The position numbers were made by a program, and so were the translations under genes. This document shows positions 32,905-41,951 of a stretch of DNA of 64,000 bases, in pieces. The notes under the pieces were generated by a model. It was not told the origin of the DNA and searched no databases. It was given only the letters and a program-made list of their open reading frames with translations. Positions within the stretch are counted from its first letter, which is position 1; each line of letters begins with the position of its first letter. The stretch spans positions 13,616 to 77,615 of the forward strand of contig JADHNY010000002.1 of assembly GCA_016779265.1 (NCBI GenBank). The letters are read 5' to 3'. Origin of the DNA: Pirellulales bacterium (GTDB taxonomy: Bacteria; Planctomycetota; Planctomycetia; Pirellulales; UBA1268).

Positions 32905-34320
32905 ATGACCACAGCAGAGGCGACGGCAGGCAACGCTGATACCACGAGCACCAGCTCGGAGTACGAGCGGGAGCGGGTGCCTGAGAAGGCTCTCAAGGGG
33001 CCGGCCGCCTTCTGGGGTATGTATGCCGGCGAACACACCGCTGGCACCGAGTTCATGATCGGGCCGCTGTTTGTGGCCTGGGGTGCGGATGCCGCCAGCC
33101 TGATCTTCGGCCTCTTGATCGGCAACCTACTCGCCGTGCTCACCTGGCGGTATCTCACCGCAAGCATCGCCTGCAGCGAACGGCTGACCCTCTACTTCAC
33201 CATGGAGCGGATTGCTGGCCGGCACCTCGTCACGCTCTACAACCTCGCCAACGGCCTGCTGTTTTGCTTCTTGGCCGGCGCGATGATCACCGTCAGTGCC
33301 ACCGCCGTCGGGCAGTTCTTTCCCGAAGGCACGGTGAAGATGCCGACCTTTGAGTCGACGATGCCGACAGGTGTCGCCTGGGTGATCGCCTGTGTGGCGA
33401 TCGGCGGGGCGATGACTGTCGTCGCGATGCGGGGCTACAGCGTGGTGGCCAAGGTGGGCCATCTGGCAGCCCCCTGGATGTTTCTCGTGTTTGTGGCCTG
33501 TGCCCTCGTGACACTGGGGCGGCTGGAGACCACCGACATCTGGGGCCTGCTCACGCCGACCGTGGAGCCCGCTGACGGAAAGAAGATCAGCTTCTTAGGC
33601 GTGGTCTGCTTCTCCTGGTTCTGCAACGCCGCGATGCACTTAGGGATGGCCGACCTCTCGGTGCTGCGATTCGCGAAGAAGCCCTCAGCTGGCTGGGCAA
33701 GCGCCGCCGGCATGTTTCTGGGGCACTACGTGGCCTGGATCTGCGCGGCACTGTTGCTGGTCTACTGGGTTCGCGAGAAGGGTGTGGATCCAGCAGTCGG
33801 TAAAGACCCCGGCACGATGGTGAACGACGCGGTCGGCTGGGCGGGCCTGGCCTGTGTGGTGATCGCCGGCTGGACCACCGCCAACCCCACGATCTATCGA
33901 GCCGGCCTCGCCTTCCAGGGCATGGTGCCGAGCATGCCCAGAAACGTGGCCACGCTGCTGGCCGGAAGCGTCTGCATCGCTGCAGGCGTGTTTCCAGCCT
34001 TTGCGATGAACCTGCTCGGCTTTGTGGGGATCTACGGCACGGTGCTCGCCCCTGTCGGCGCGATCATCATCGTCGATCACTTCTTTGCTGAACGACTCGG
34101 TATCCGTCGCGCACCCGCGGCAAGCCTGGGGATGAACTTCAACGGCGTGGTGGTGCTTTCCTGGCTGCTCCCGGTGGGCGTGGCAATGGGCCTGCACTTC
34201 GGCCTCGATGTGTTTGCCAGCTACCTGCCGTTGCCTTCGGCGATCGCCTGCGGGGTGCTCTACGCGGTGCTCTCCAAGATGCAGTCACGGGCGGCCGACC
34301 GCCGCCTCGCTGTGGGCTGA
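32905..34320 (+). CDS. CodB/NCS1-like (purine-cytosine permease family) membrane transporter
   Basis: 471 aa, about 12 hydrophobic segments. The N-terminal region VPEKALKG...LLIGNLLAVL parallels E. coli CodB VPQSARKG...VLIGNLLLGI. GGAGGG lies before the ATG. Confidence 0.7.
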   Translation: MTTAEATAGNADTTSTSSEYERERVPEKALKGPAAFWGMYAGEHTAGTEFMIGPLFVAWGADAASLIFGLLIGNLLAVLTWRYLTASIACSERLTLYFTMERIAGRHLVTLYNLANGLLFCFLAGAMITVSATAVGQFFPEGTVKMPTFESTMPTGVAWVIACVAIGGAMTVVAMRGYSVVAKVGHLAAPWMFLVFVACALVTLGRLETTDIWGLLTPTVEPADGKKISFLGVVCFSWFCNAAMHLGMADLSVLRFAKKPSAGWASAAGMFLGHYVAWICAALLLVYWVREKGVDPAVGKDPGTMVNDAVGWAGLACVVIAGWTTANPTIYRAGLAFQGMVPSMPRNVATLLAGSVCIAAGVFPAFAMNLLGFVGIYGTVLAPVGAIIIVDHFFAERLGIRRAPAASLGMNFNGVVVLSWLLPVGVAMGLHFGLDVFASYLPLPSAIACGVLYAVLSKMQSRAADRRLAVG

Positions 34321-34354
34321 TGCTCTCTCCCACAACCCAACACGGAGACCTTTC

Positions 34355-34522
34355 ATGAAAAAGCTCGCAATGCTCATCGGCCTGGCTGCCTTGGCCGGCA
34401 CGATCGTGCCACCGGCCCTGTTCATGATGAAACAAATGCCGCACACCACGATGCAGATAGTGATGCTCGTCTCGGCAGTGGCCTGGTTTGTGACAGCACC
34501 GGTGTGGATGAAGGCGGAGTGA
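34355..34522 (+). CDS. 55-aa two-TM mini membrane protein
   Basis: MKKLAMLIGLAALAGTIVPP...VMLVSAVAWFVTAPVWMKAE. The ATG is preceded by GGAG. It lies between the permease and the rhamnosidase. The longer track ORF (34208..) overlaps the permease. Confidence 0.45.
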   Translation: MKKLAMLIGLAALAGTIVPPALFMMKQMPHTTMQIVMLVSAVAWFVTAPVWMKAE

Positions 34523-34590
34523 CCGCGTCCTCTGCGGCCCACCGAGCACCATCCTTCACTTCCACCACTGGCAACCACACAGGAGGCCCC

Positions 34591-37500
34591 ATGACCCTCA
34601 TCCGCTCCCTGCTCGTTCTACTGACAGCGGTCTTCATGGGCCTGCCAGCCCTTGCCGGACCACCCGGCGGCACCCCTGTGGCTGGGCTACCTGGTGATGC
34701 GAATATCTCACCGATCACCCAGTTTCGCGTGGCCCCCACGCGGATCCTCTGGCAGAGCGACGAGGGGGTGGCCAACGCAGTCTCCCTGCTCGCCCCCAAG
34801 CCAGGCCAGGTTGTGCTCTCCGATCCGCTGCCCCCCTGCACGCTCACGGCCAGTGAAGGGGGTGCCGCCGGCATCCTGATCGACTTCGGCCGAGAACTGC
34901 AGGGGCATGTCGAACTCTTCACGCCGATGACGCCATCCCAGGAGCCGGTGCCGGTGCGGATTCGCTTTGGTGAGTCTGCCAGTGAAGCGATGGCGGATCT
35001 CGGCGGTGAGCAGAACGCCCAGAACGACCATGCGATTCGTGACCAGGTTGTCAGGCTACCGTGGCTCGGCGCCAAGACGATCGGCCCGAGTGGTTTTCGC
35101 TTTGTGCGAATCGACGCGATCGACCCGGAGCATCCCGTGCAGCTTGCTGAGGTGCGGGCAGTGCTCGGCATCCGCGATATTCCCAAGCTCGGCAGCTTTC
35201 GCTGCAGTGACGAGCGGCTGAACCGGATCTGGGAGGTGGGTGCCGACACCGTTCATTTGTGCATGCAGGACTACCTCTGGGATGGCATCAAGAGGGATCG
35301 ACTGGTCTGGATCGGCGACATGCATCCGGAAGTCTCCACGATCCATGCCGTCTTCGGATTCAACGACGTCGTCACCCGGTCGCTCGACCTGACCCGCGAT
35401 GTCACACCGGTTGAGCAATGGATGAACGGCATCTCCAGCTACTCGATGTGGTGGGTGCTGATTCATGAAGACCTTTGGATGCACCATGGCAACCGTGACT
35501 ACCTTGCCGCCCAGCAGCCATACCTTGGGCAGCTGCTTGAACGGCTTGCGGCCCTGGTGGGACCAGATGGCAAGGAACGCATCGACGGCATGCGGTTTCT
35601 CGACTGGCCGAGCTCGCCGAATCAGGAGGGCGTCACTGCCGGCCTGCAGGGGCTGCTGGTGATGACGCTCGAGAGCGGCAGCCGGCTGATGGACGTGCTC
35701 GGTGACCAGCGAGTAGCCACCCTCTGCCGAGAGACGGCTGCACGTGCTGCTGTGGTGCTCCCCGACGACAACGGTTCCAAGTCGGGGGCCAGCCTGCAGG
35801 TCTTGGCCGGCATGCGGGATCCCGCTGACACCGCCCGCGAGGTGCTCTTGCCTGGCGGGGCTGAGGGCGTCTCCACGTTCTATGGACTCTATGTCTTGGA
35901 AGCCCTGGCCGAAGCGGGCGAGACCGAGGCGGCCTTGAACCTGATTCGGCAATACTGGGGCGGCATGCTCGACCTGGGCGCCACCACCTTCTGGGAAGAC
36001 TTCAACCTCGCCTGGACGGACAACGCAGCTGGCATCGACGAGCTCGTTCCCAAAGGAAAGACCGACATCCACGGTGACTTTGGTGACTACTGCTATGAAG
36101 GCTTCCGCCACAGCCTCTGCCACGGCTGGGCCAGCGGACCGACCTCATGGATGAGCCGGCATGTACTCGGAATCACTCCGCTGGAGCCTGGCTTTGCCCG
36201 CGTGCGAATCGCTCCGGAGCTTGGCGACCTTGCGTGGGCCGAGGGTAGCTACCCCACGCCCCACGGCCCGGTGCATGTGCGGCATGAGCGACAGCCTGAC
36301 GGCTCGATCACCTCAGAAGTGATGGCCCCCGACGCTATCAGTGTCGAACTTGTCGGTGCTGTGCCAGTGGCCGCAGCAACGAGCACCGGGCCGCTGCAGG
36401 GGCTTGCTGTGACGCAGCTGCGGTGTGAATGGCTGGCCAACCCGCTGGGCGTGATGACGACCACACCGCGGCTCTCCTGGAAAGTGAGCTCGCAGCAGCG
36501 GAGCCAACGTCAGTCGGCCTACCGGCTACTCGTGGCGAGCGATCCGGCGTTGCTGGAGCCGGGACGAGCCGACCTCTGGGACTCTGGAGATGTCGCTTCA
36601 TCCGAGACCCTCGACGTGGCCTATGCTGGCACGCCACTGTCGTCTGGCCAGCAGGCCTTCTGGCGGGTGCAGGTCTGTGACGATGCCGGACAGCCAAGCC
36701 GCTGGAGCGACGTGGCCAGGTTCACCATCGGCCTGCTGACCGCCGACGACTGGGGTGGTGAGTGGATCATTGCCGCTGGCGAGCCGCCCCTGCACACCGA
36801 TCGAGCCACACTGCATCTGCCCCCAGCACGACACTTCCGCACCACCTTCGACACCACCAAGCCGATCCGTCGAGCCGTGCTGCACGGCACTGCCTTAGGC
36901 ATCGTCGACTTCTCGCTTAACGGCCATCCTGTCTGCAACGACCTGTTTGTGCCTGGCTGGGCCGACTACCAGCAACGCGTGCCGGCTCGCAGCTACGACG
37001 TCACCGCGTTGATCACAGAGCAAGGCCCACACTGTCTGGCCGCCGTGCTCGCCGACGGCTGGTATGCCGGCTACCTCGGCTACGGCCTGCTGGTCGGCTA
37101 CGGCCCGCACCACACCGGCCGCTCGATCTACGGAGTGGTGCCTGCGCTGCGGTGCGTGCTCGACATCGACTACACCGATGGCACACGCAAACGGATTGCC
37201 AGCGACACGTCTTGGCTCGCGACACGCGAAGGCCCGATTCGTGAGGCGGACTTTCTGATGGGCCAGCGGCATGATGCCCGACTCGAGATGCCCGGCTGGA
37301 ACACCGCTGCCTACGAGCCCGCCACCCACTGGCAGCCTGCTCTCCCAGCCACGAGCACGGGCAGCATCACGGCGGCCTTCTATGAGGCGGGCGTTGAGCG
37401 AGAAGCCGAACTTGGGTTTGTGGAGCCTGCCATGATCGATGGCTACGCCGCTGAGCCAATCCAGATCACCGAACTGCTGCCGGCGGAGAGCGTCAGAGAG

Positions 37501-39237
37501 CAGGCTCCCGGCGTCTTCATTTTCGACCTCGGCCAAAACATCGCCGGCGTTCCCCGGCTCACGGTGGAGGCTCCCGCCGGCACGGAGATCCGGCTGCGGT
37601 TTGGGGAGATGCTCCATCCCGATGGGCGGCTGATGACCGAGAACCTCCGCCGTGCCCGGGCCGTCGACACCTACATCTGCGCCGGGACCGGCCTGGAGAC
37701 CTGGACACCCCGCTTCACCTACCACGGCTTTCAGTACGTCGAAGTCTCTGGGCTTCCGGAGGGAAGCGTTCCGCCGCTGGAGATGATCAGCGGCTGTGTG
37801 CTCCACAACCACACGCCCTTCGTCGGCAGCTTCGCCTGCAGTGATGAGCTGCTCTCCCGGTTCTGGAAGAACACGCAGTGGACCCAGCGAGCCAACTTCA
37901 TTGAGATTCCCACCGACTGCCCCCAGCGTGACGAGCGGCTTGGCTGGATGGGTGATGCCCAGATCTATGCCCGCACCGCCAGCTTCAACGCCGACGTCGC
38001 CGCCTTTTTCACCAAGTGGATTGAAGATGTCCGCGAGGCCCAGGTCACCAGTGGCCCAGAGGCGGGAGCCTATCCCGACTACGCGCCCTATCCCTATGGC
38101 CATGGCAAGCCGGGAGCGGTGTTTGGCACCGCCTGGACGGATGCCGGCGTGATCTGCCCCTGGACGATGTGGCAGGTCTACAACGACCGTCGCCTGATCG
38201 CCGAGCACTGGACATCGATGGAGGCCTTCATGGCCTGGAGGCTGCGACGCGACCCGGAGCTTGTGGGGATCGAGACGGGCAACACCTGGGGCGACTGGCT
38301 CAACGTGAACGAGACCACACCGATTCCCTACGTCGATCTCTGTTTCCACGCCTGGTCCAGTCAGATGATGGCCGAGATGGCAGAAGCCCTCGGCCATGAT
38401 CAGGCGGCGGGCAGCTATCGCCAGCGGCATGCCGATATCACTGACTCATTTCACCGGCAGTATGTGCGTGACGATGGATCCCTCGCAGTCGAAACCCAGA
38501 CCGCCTGCGTGCTGGCCGTGCAAACAGGCGTGATCAGCGGCGATGCCACAGTGGCCGTGATCGAGCAACTCGTCGAGCGGATTCTGGCCAACGATGTCCG
38601 CATGGCCACAGGCTTTCTGGGCACGAAGTCGATCCTGCCGGTGCTCTCCGCCCACGGCCAGCACGACCTCGCCTGCCGGCTCTTCCAGAGCCGCGACTTC
38701 CCCAGCTGGGGCTACGAGGTGGAACAAGGGGCCAACACCGTCTGGGAACGCTGGGACAGTTTCACCAAGGAGCATGGCTTCGAGGGCTTCAACGGCAGCA
38801 ACAACGCGGCCATGAACAGCTTCAGCCACTACGCCTTCGGTGCAGTGATGGAGTGGGCCTACCGCACCCTTGCAGGCATTGACTGTCTCGAACCAGGTTA
38901 CGGCCGCATCCGGATCCGTCCGCAGATCCCTTCGGCCGAGAGCAATCCCGAGCGAGAGCCACTGACCTGGGTGCGGGCTGACTACGAAAGCCCTCGTGGC
39001 CTGATCAGCAGCCACTGGCGGCGTGAGCAGACGCAACTGGTGATGGATGTGGTCGTACCTGCCAACACGACTGCCGAAGTGCATGTGCCAGCCGACAGCC
39101 TCGAGCAGGTGTCCTGTGGGGGACAGGCCCTGGCCGCCGGACCCGCCGAAGGTGTTGCTGTCCGTGAGGTCGGCCCGGCTGCCGTGATCCTCGACGTTGG
39201 GGCTGGCAGTTACCGCTTCACCAGCCGTTTGCCCTAA
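34591..39237 (+). CDS. exported tandem GH78-type alpha-L-rhamnosidase (two catalytic-like modules in one polypeptide)
   Basis: The ATG is preceded by AGGAGG and gives the signal peptide MTLIRSLLVLLTAVFMGLPALA. Module 1 (~600 aa) has DGIKRDRLVWIGDMHPE and HGWASGP. Module 2 starts with the typical LRCEWLANPLGV...PRLSWKV and has DCPQRDERLGWMGDAQIY. Confidence 0.85.
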   Translation: MTLIRSLLVLLTAVFMGLPALAGPPGGTPVAGLPGDANISPITQFRVAPTRILWQSDEGVANAVSLLAPKPGQVVLSDPLPPCTLTASEGGAAGILIDFGRELQGHVELFTPMTPSQEPVPVRIRFGESASEAMADLGGEQNAQNDHAIRDQVVRLPWLGAKTIGPSGFRFVRIDAIDPEHPVQLAEVRAVLGIRDIPKLGSFRCSDERLNRIWEVGADTVHLCMQDYLWDGIKRDRLVWIGDMHPEVSTIHAVFGFNDVVTRSLDLTRDVTPVEQWMNGISSYSMWWVLIHEDLWMHHGNRDYLAAQQPYLGQLLERLAALVGPDGKERIDGMRFLDWPSSPNQEGVTAGLQGLLVMTLESGSRLMDVLGDQRVATLCRETAARAAVVLPDDNGSKSGASLQVLAGMRDPADTAREVLLPGGAEGVSTFYGLYVLEALAEAGETEAALNLIRQYWGGMLDLGATTFWEDFNLAWTDNAAGIDELVPKGKTDIHGDFGDYCYEGFRHSLCHGWASGPTSWMSRHVLGITPLEPGFARVRIAPELGDLAWAEGSYPTPHGPVHVRHERQPDGSITSEVMAPDAISVELVGAVPVAAATSTGPLQGLAVTQLRCEWLANPLGVMTTTPRLSWKVSSQQRSQRQSAYRLLVASDPALLEPGRADLWDSGDVASSETLDVAYAGTPLSSGQQAFWRVQVCDDAGQPSRWSDVARFTIGLLTADDWGGEWIIAAGEPPLHTDRATLHLPPARHFRTTFDTTKPIRRAVLHGTALGIVDFSLNGHPVCNDLFVPGWADYQQRVPARSYDVTALITEQGPHCLAAVLADGWYAGYLGYGLLVGYGPHHTGRSIYGVVPALRCVLDIDYTDGTRKRIASDTSWLATREGPIREADFLMGQRHDARLEMPGWNTAAYEPATHWQPALPATSTGSITAAFYEAGVEREAELGFVEPAMIDGYAAEPIQITELLPAESVREQAPGVFIFDLGQNIAGVPRLTVEAPAGTEIRLRFGEMLHPDGRLMTENLRRARAVDTYICAGTGLETWTPRFTYHGFQYVEVSGLPEGSVPPLEMISGCVLHNHTPFVGSFACSDELLSRFWKNTQWTQRANFIEIPTDCPQRDERLGWMGDAQIYARTASFNADVAAFFTKWIEDVREAQVTSGPEAGAYPDYAPYPYGHGKPGAVFGTAWTDAGVICPWTMWQVYNDRRLIAEHWTSMEAFMAWRLRRDPELVGIETGNTWGDWLNVNETTPIPYVDLCFHAWSSQMMAEMAEALGHDQAAGSYRQRHADITDSFHRQYVRDDGSLAVETQTACVLAVQTGVISGDATVAVIEQLVERILANDVRMATGFLGTKSILPVLSAHGQHDLACRLFQSRDFPSWGYEVEQGANTVWERWDSFTKEHGFEGFNGSNNAAMNSFSHYAFGAVMEWAYRTLAGIDCLEPGYGRIRIRPQIPSAESNPEREPLTWVRADYESPRGLISSHWRREQTQLVMDVVVPANTTAEVHVPADSLEQVSCGGQALAAGPAEGVAVREVGPAAVILDVGAGSYRFTSRLP

Positions 39238-39252
39238 CGGACTCCCCACGCC

Positions 39253-39717
39253 TTACGGTGACGGGAGCCGTTTGACCGCCGCGAGCGCCTCACGCTTGTG
39301 TCCCTCGGAGGAGAACGCTGCGGTAAAGGCCAGCCGCACAATGCCCTCGCGGTCGATCACGTAGGTGGTGCGACCGGGAAAGAGCCCGAGCAGCTTCGGC
39401 ACCCCGAACGCTTTTCGCAAGCTGCCATCTCGGTCACTGATCAGGGGATAGGAGAGCCTGTGCTTGCCGGCAAACCGCTGGTGGCTTTCGGCAGAGTCAC
39501 CACTGACACCGATCACCTCCGCTCCAGCGTCACGAAACGCCTGGTAGGCGTCTCGAAAGCTACAGGCTTCTTTCGTGCACACCGGTGTGTCATCGGCAGG
39601 ATAGAAGAACAGCACCACTGCCTGGGAGCCGCGATAGTCGGCCAGCCTGACCGTGTTGCCATCCTGTGTGGTAGCAGTGAAATCGGGGGCAGAATCGCCA
39701 ACGCGTACGCCTGGCAT
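39253..39717 (-). CDS. bcp: peroxiredoxin, Bcp type
   Basis: Start taken at the internal ATG (MPGVRVGDSAPDF) preceded by GAGAGAGG. Peroxidatic and resolving Cys in DDTPVCTKEACSFRD. Confidence 0.85.
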   Translation of the reverse strand: MPGVRVGDSAPDFTATTQDGNTVRLADYRGSQAVVLFFYPADDTPVCTKEACSFRDAYQAFRDAGAEVIGVSGDSAESHQRFAGKHRLSYPLISDRDGSLRKAFGVPKLLGLFPGRTTYVIDREGIVRLAFTAAFSSEGHKREALAAVKRLPSP

Positions 39718-39836
39718 GGCCGTTCCTCTCTCTAGGATGGCGGTACGCCATTCCTCAATCGCGAAGAACGGCTCCGACACGTATAGTATGCCCGTCGAAG
39801 TTGCTATCCACCCGCGTCCACAAGTGAGCCAGGTCC

Positions 39837-41120
39837 ATGAACCGCGTGTGCCTTTCCGTTGCTGCCCTCGCTGTTGTCACGTATTCCCTGCCCGTTTGTG
39901 CTGCAGACTGGCCAACGTTCCGCGGCAGCGACCGCACTGCAGTCGCTCCTGACACGAATCTGCTCACCTCGTGGCCAGAGGAAGGGCCTCCGCTGGCCTG
40001 GGAATCGGTCGGCTGCGGACGCGGCTATGCCAGTCCCACGATCGTGGGAAACCGAATCTATCTGCTTGGTGACGGTCTCTCGACCGCTCCTGATGCTGAT
40101 GAATACCTCTCCTGCTTTGACCGAACGACGGGCGAACAGCTCTGGATCCACAAGACCGGCCCTGCCTGGAACGAAGGCCAGCCGACCTGGCAGAGCTCCC
40201 GCAGCACACCGACCGTCGACGGCGATCGCGTCTATGTGGTCACGCCGCATGGCCAGCTCATCTGCTGCAGCACGGCCAACGGTCAGGACCGCTTCCGCAT
40301 CGACCTCAAGGCGGTCTTCGGTGGCAAGAAGGGTGACGGCTGGGGCTACAGCGAGTCCGTCACGATCGACGGCAACCGGCTTGTCTGCACGCCTGGTGGT
40401 GAGCAGGCCACGATGGTGGCCCTCAACAAGATGACCGGCGAGCCACTCTGGACCTGTCCGATGGCGGGCGACCGTGGTGCCGGCCACTCATCGATCGTGA
40501 AGAGCCATGTTGGTGGCCGTACGCAGTATGTGCAGACCACTGCTGCCGGCTGCTTTGCTGTCGATGCAGAGACAGGCCGCTTCCTCTGGTCGTATCCGAT
40601 CGATCAGACGACGGCGGTGATCCCCACGCCGATCATCCGCGACGACCTGGTGTTCTTTTCTGCAGGCTACGGCCGTGGTGGAGCGCTGCTGCGACAACTG
40701 CCCGGTGCGGGTGGCGGCGTCACGATGGAAGAGGTCTACGGACTCAAGCAAGAACTCGCCAACAAGCATGGTGGCATCGTGCTCGTCGGTGATCATCTCT
40801 ACGGCGACTCTGACGATAAGGGGATTCCCTTCTGTGCCGATCTGATGACTGGTGAGATTGTCTGGAAGAGTCGTGGCAGCGGACGTGGCTCCGCAGCCGT
40901 TGTGGCTGCCGATGGCCACCTCTACGTGCGATGCCAAAACGGTGTGCTGTCACTCGTGAAGGCAGATCCTGCCGGCTTTGAGGAAATGGGCCACTTCCAG
41001 ATTCCTCATAGCGACAACGATGAGTCGCGTCCCAGCTGGGCGCATCCGGTGATCGTCGATGGCATGCTCTACCTGCGGGAGAGCGACCACCTGCTCTGCT
41101 ACGACATCCGTCAGCAGTAA
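39837..41120 (+). CDS. PQQ-like beta-propeller repeat protein, exported
   Basis: 427 aa. Signal peptide followed by AADWPTFRGSDRT. Paralogue of 30099..31400. Confidence 0.8.
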   Translation: MNRVCLSVAALAVVTYSLPVCAADWPTFRGSDRTAVAPDTNLLTSWPEEGPPLAWESVGCGRGYASPTIVGNRIYLLGDGLSTAPDADEYLSCFDRTTGEQLWIHKTGPAWNEGQPTWQSSRSTPTVDGDRVYVVTPHGQLICCSTANGQDRFRIDLKAVFGGKKGDGWGYSESVTIDGNRLVCTPGGEQATMVALNKMTGEPLWTCPMAGDRGAGHSSIVKSHVGGRTQYVQTTAAGCFAVDAETGRFLWSYPIDQTTAVIPTPIIRDDLVFFSAGYGRGGALLRQLPGAGGGVTMEEVYGLKQELANKHGGIVLVGDHLYGDSDDKGIPFCADLMTGEIVWKSRGSGRGSAAVVAADGHLYVRCQNGVLSLVKADPAGFEEMGHFQIPHSDNDESRPSWAHPVIVDGMLYLRESDHLLCYDIRQQ

Positions 41121-41143
41121 GGGCGGACGAAGGGCGGCGGCGG

Positions 41144-41536
41144 TCACCACCAGCCGAGGAGGCTGCCTGCCCGCTCGCCGAGAACGAGGACGCCGATCAC
41201 CGCGGCGGTGAGTGCTGCCAGCAGCACACCGCCGCTGGCCATGTCGAGGGCATCGCGAATCCGAGGGTGACGCCGTGGACCCAGGCTGCGGGCCAGCGAC
41301 TCCATCGCGGTGTTCAAGACCTCGGCCGCGAACACGCCGCCCATCGCAAAGGTGAGCAGACACCAGCCCACCAACGACACCCGCAGCACGGCCGCGACCA
41401 CGACAACAGCCGCAGCGACCGTCAGATGGACGGCAAAGCTCGACTGGCTGCGGACACTCCGGGAAACGCCTCGAAACGCGTCGCCAAACTTCGCTCGCCA
41501 GGTTCGCACGCGTCGTTGGCCCATCACGTTCTCCAC
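41144..41536 (-). CDS. dgkA: diacylglycerol kinase family lipid kinase (DgkA-like)
   Basis: 130 aa, three TM segments. The AEVLNTAMESL motif corresponds to the DgkA E..N.AIE signature. Confidence 0.8.
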   Translation of the reverse strand: MENVMGQRRVRTWRAKFGDAFRGVSRSVRSQSSFAVHLTVAAAVVVVAAVLRVSLVGWCLLTFAMGGVFAAEVLNTAMESLARSLGPRRHPRIRDALDMASGGVLLAALTAAVIGVLVLGERAGSLLGWW

Positions 41537-41578
41537 GGGCCTACATCGAGGAACACCGTGGCCACGGCGTCATCTACC

Positions 41579-41607
41579 GGCCCTTGCGAGCGTCCTGGCC
41601 CTTGCGA
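41579..41607. repeat. 11-bp perfect direct repeat GGCCCTTGCGA x2 (period 18 bp)
   Basis: Copies at 41579-41589 and 41597-41607, in the divergent spacer between dgkA and the 69-aa membrane ORF. Confidence 0.6.
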
Positions 41608-41731
41608 ACGGTAGAGTCCGCACAACCGGGCGGTCTGTGGCAATCCTTGAACCCAACCAGCCTCCGTTGCCGACATAACAAAGGTGACCACCATCCCTCG
41701 CACGCCGCCAGTTCGCTGGTGGGAGTAAAGC

Positions 41732-41941
41732 ATGTGGAAAACCTTCTTTCTCGCAGCAGGCATCTTTTCGTGCATCGTGGGCATTGAACTGCTGATCGTC
41801 GACTCGGTCGTGATCGACGCCGGCAAGACCGCACCACGAACCTTCATCGCCCCCGACTGGGCGCCCTGGACCCTGCTCTCCGCCGGGGCAGTGACGATTC
41901 TCCACTTCTGCACGCTGCCAAAGAAGATTTCACTCTCCTAA
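41732..41941 (+). CDS. 69-aa two-TM membrane protein
   Basis: MWKTFFLAAGIFSCIVGIELLIV...WTLLSAGAVTILHF. GGGAG lies upstream of the ATG. Confidence 0.45.
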   Translation: MWKTFFLAAGIFSCIVGIELLIVDSVVIDAGKTAPRTFIAPDWAPWTLLSAGAVTILHFCTLPKKISLS

Positions 41942-41951
41942 GCTCCCCGCC

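Noticed and set aside
34208-34354. The longer 104-aa version of the mini membrane protein ORF.
   Set aside because: Its upstream part overlaps the 3' end of the permease gene in another frame. The ATG at 34355 has a GGAG and yields a clean two-TM peptide.
35056-38430. Long minus-strand ORFs (35056..36123, 355 aa; 36895..38430, 511 aa) antisense to the GH78 gene.
   Set aside because: They are antisense shadows of a strongly supported 1548-aa CDS. Their sequence is low-complexity and Gly/Arg/Ala/Val-rich with no motifs.
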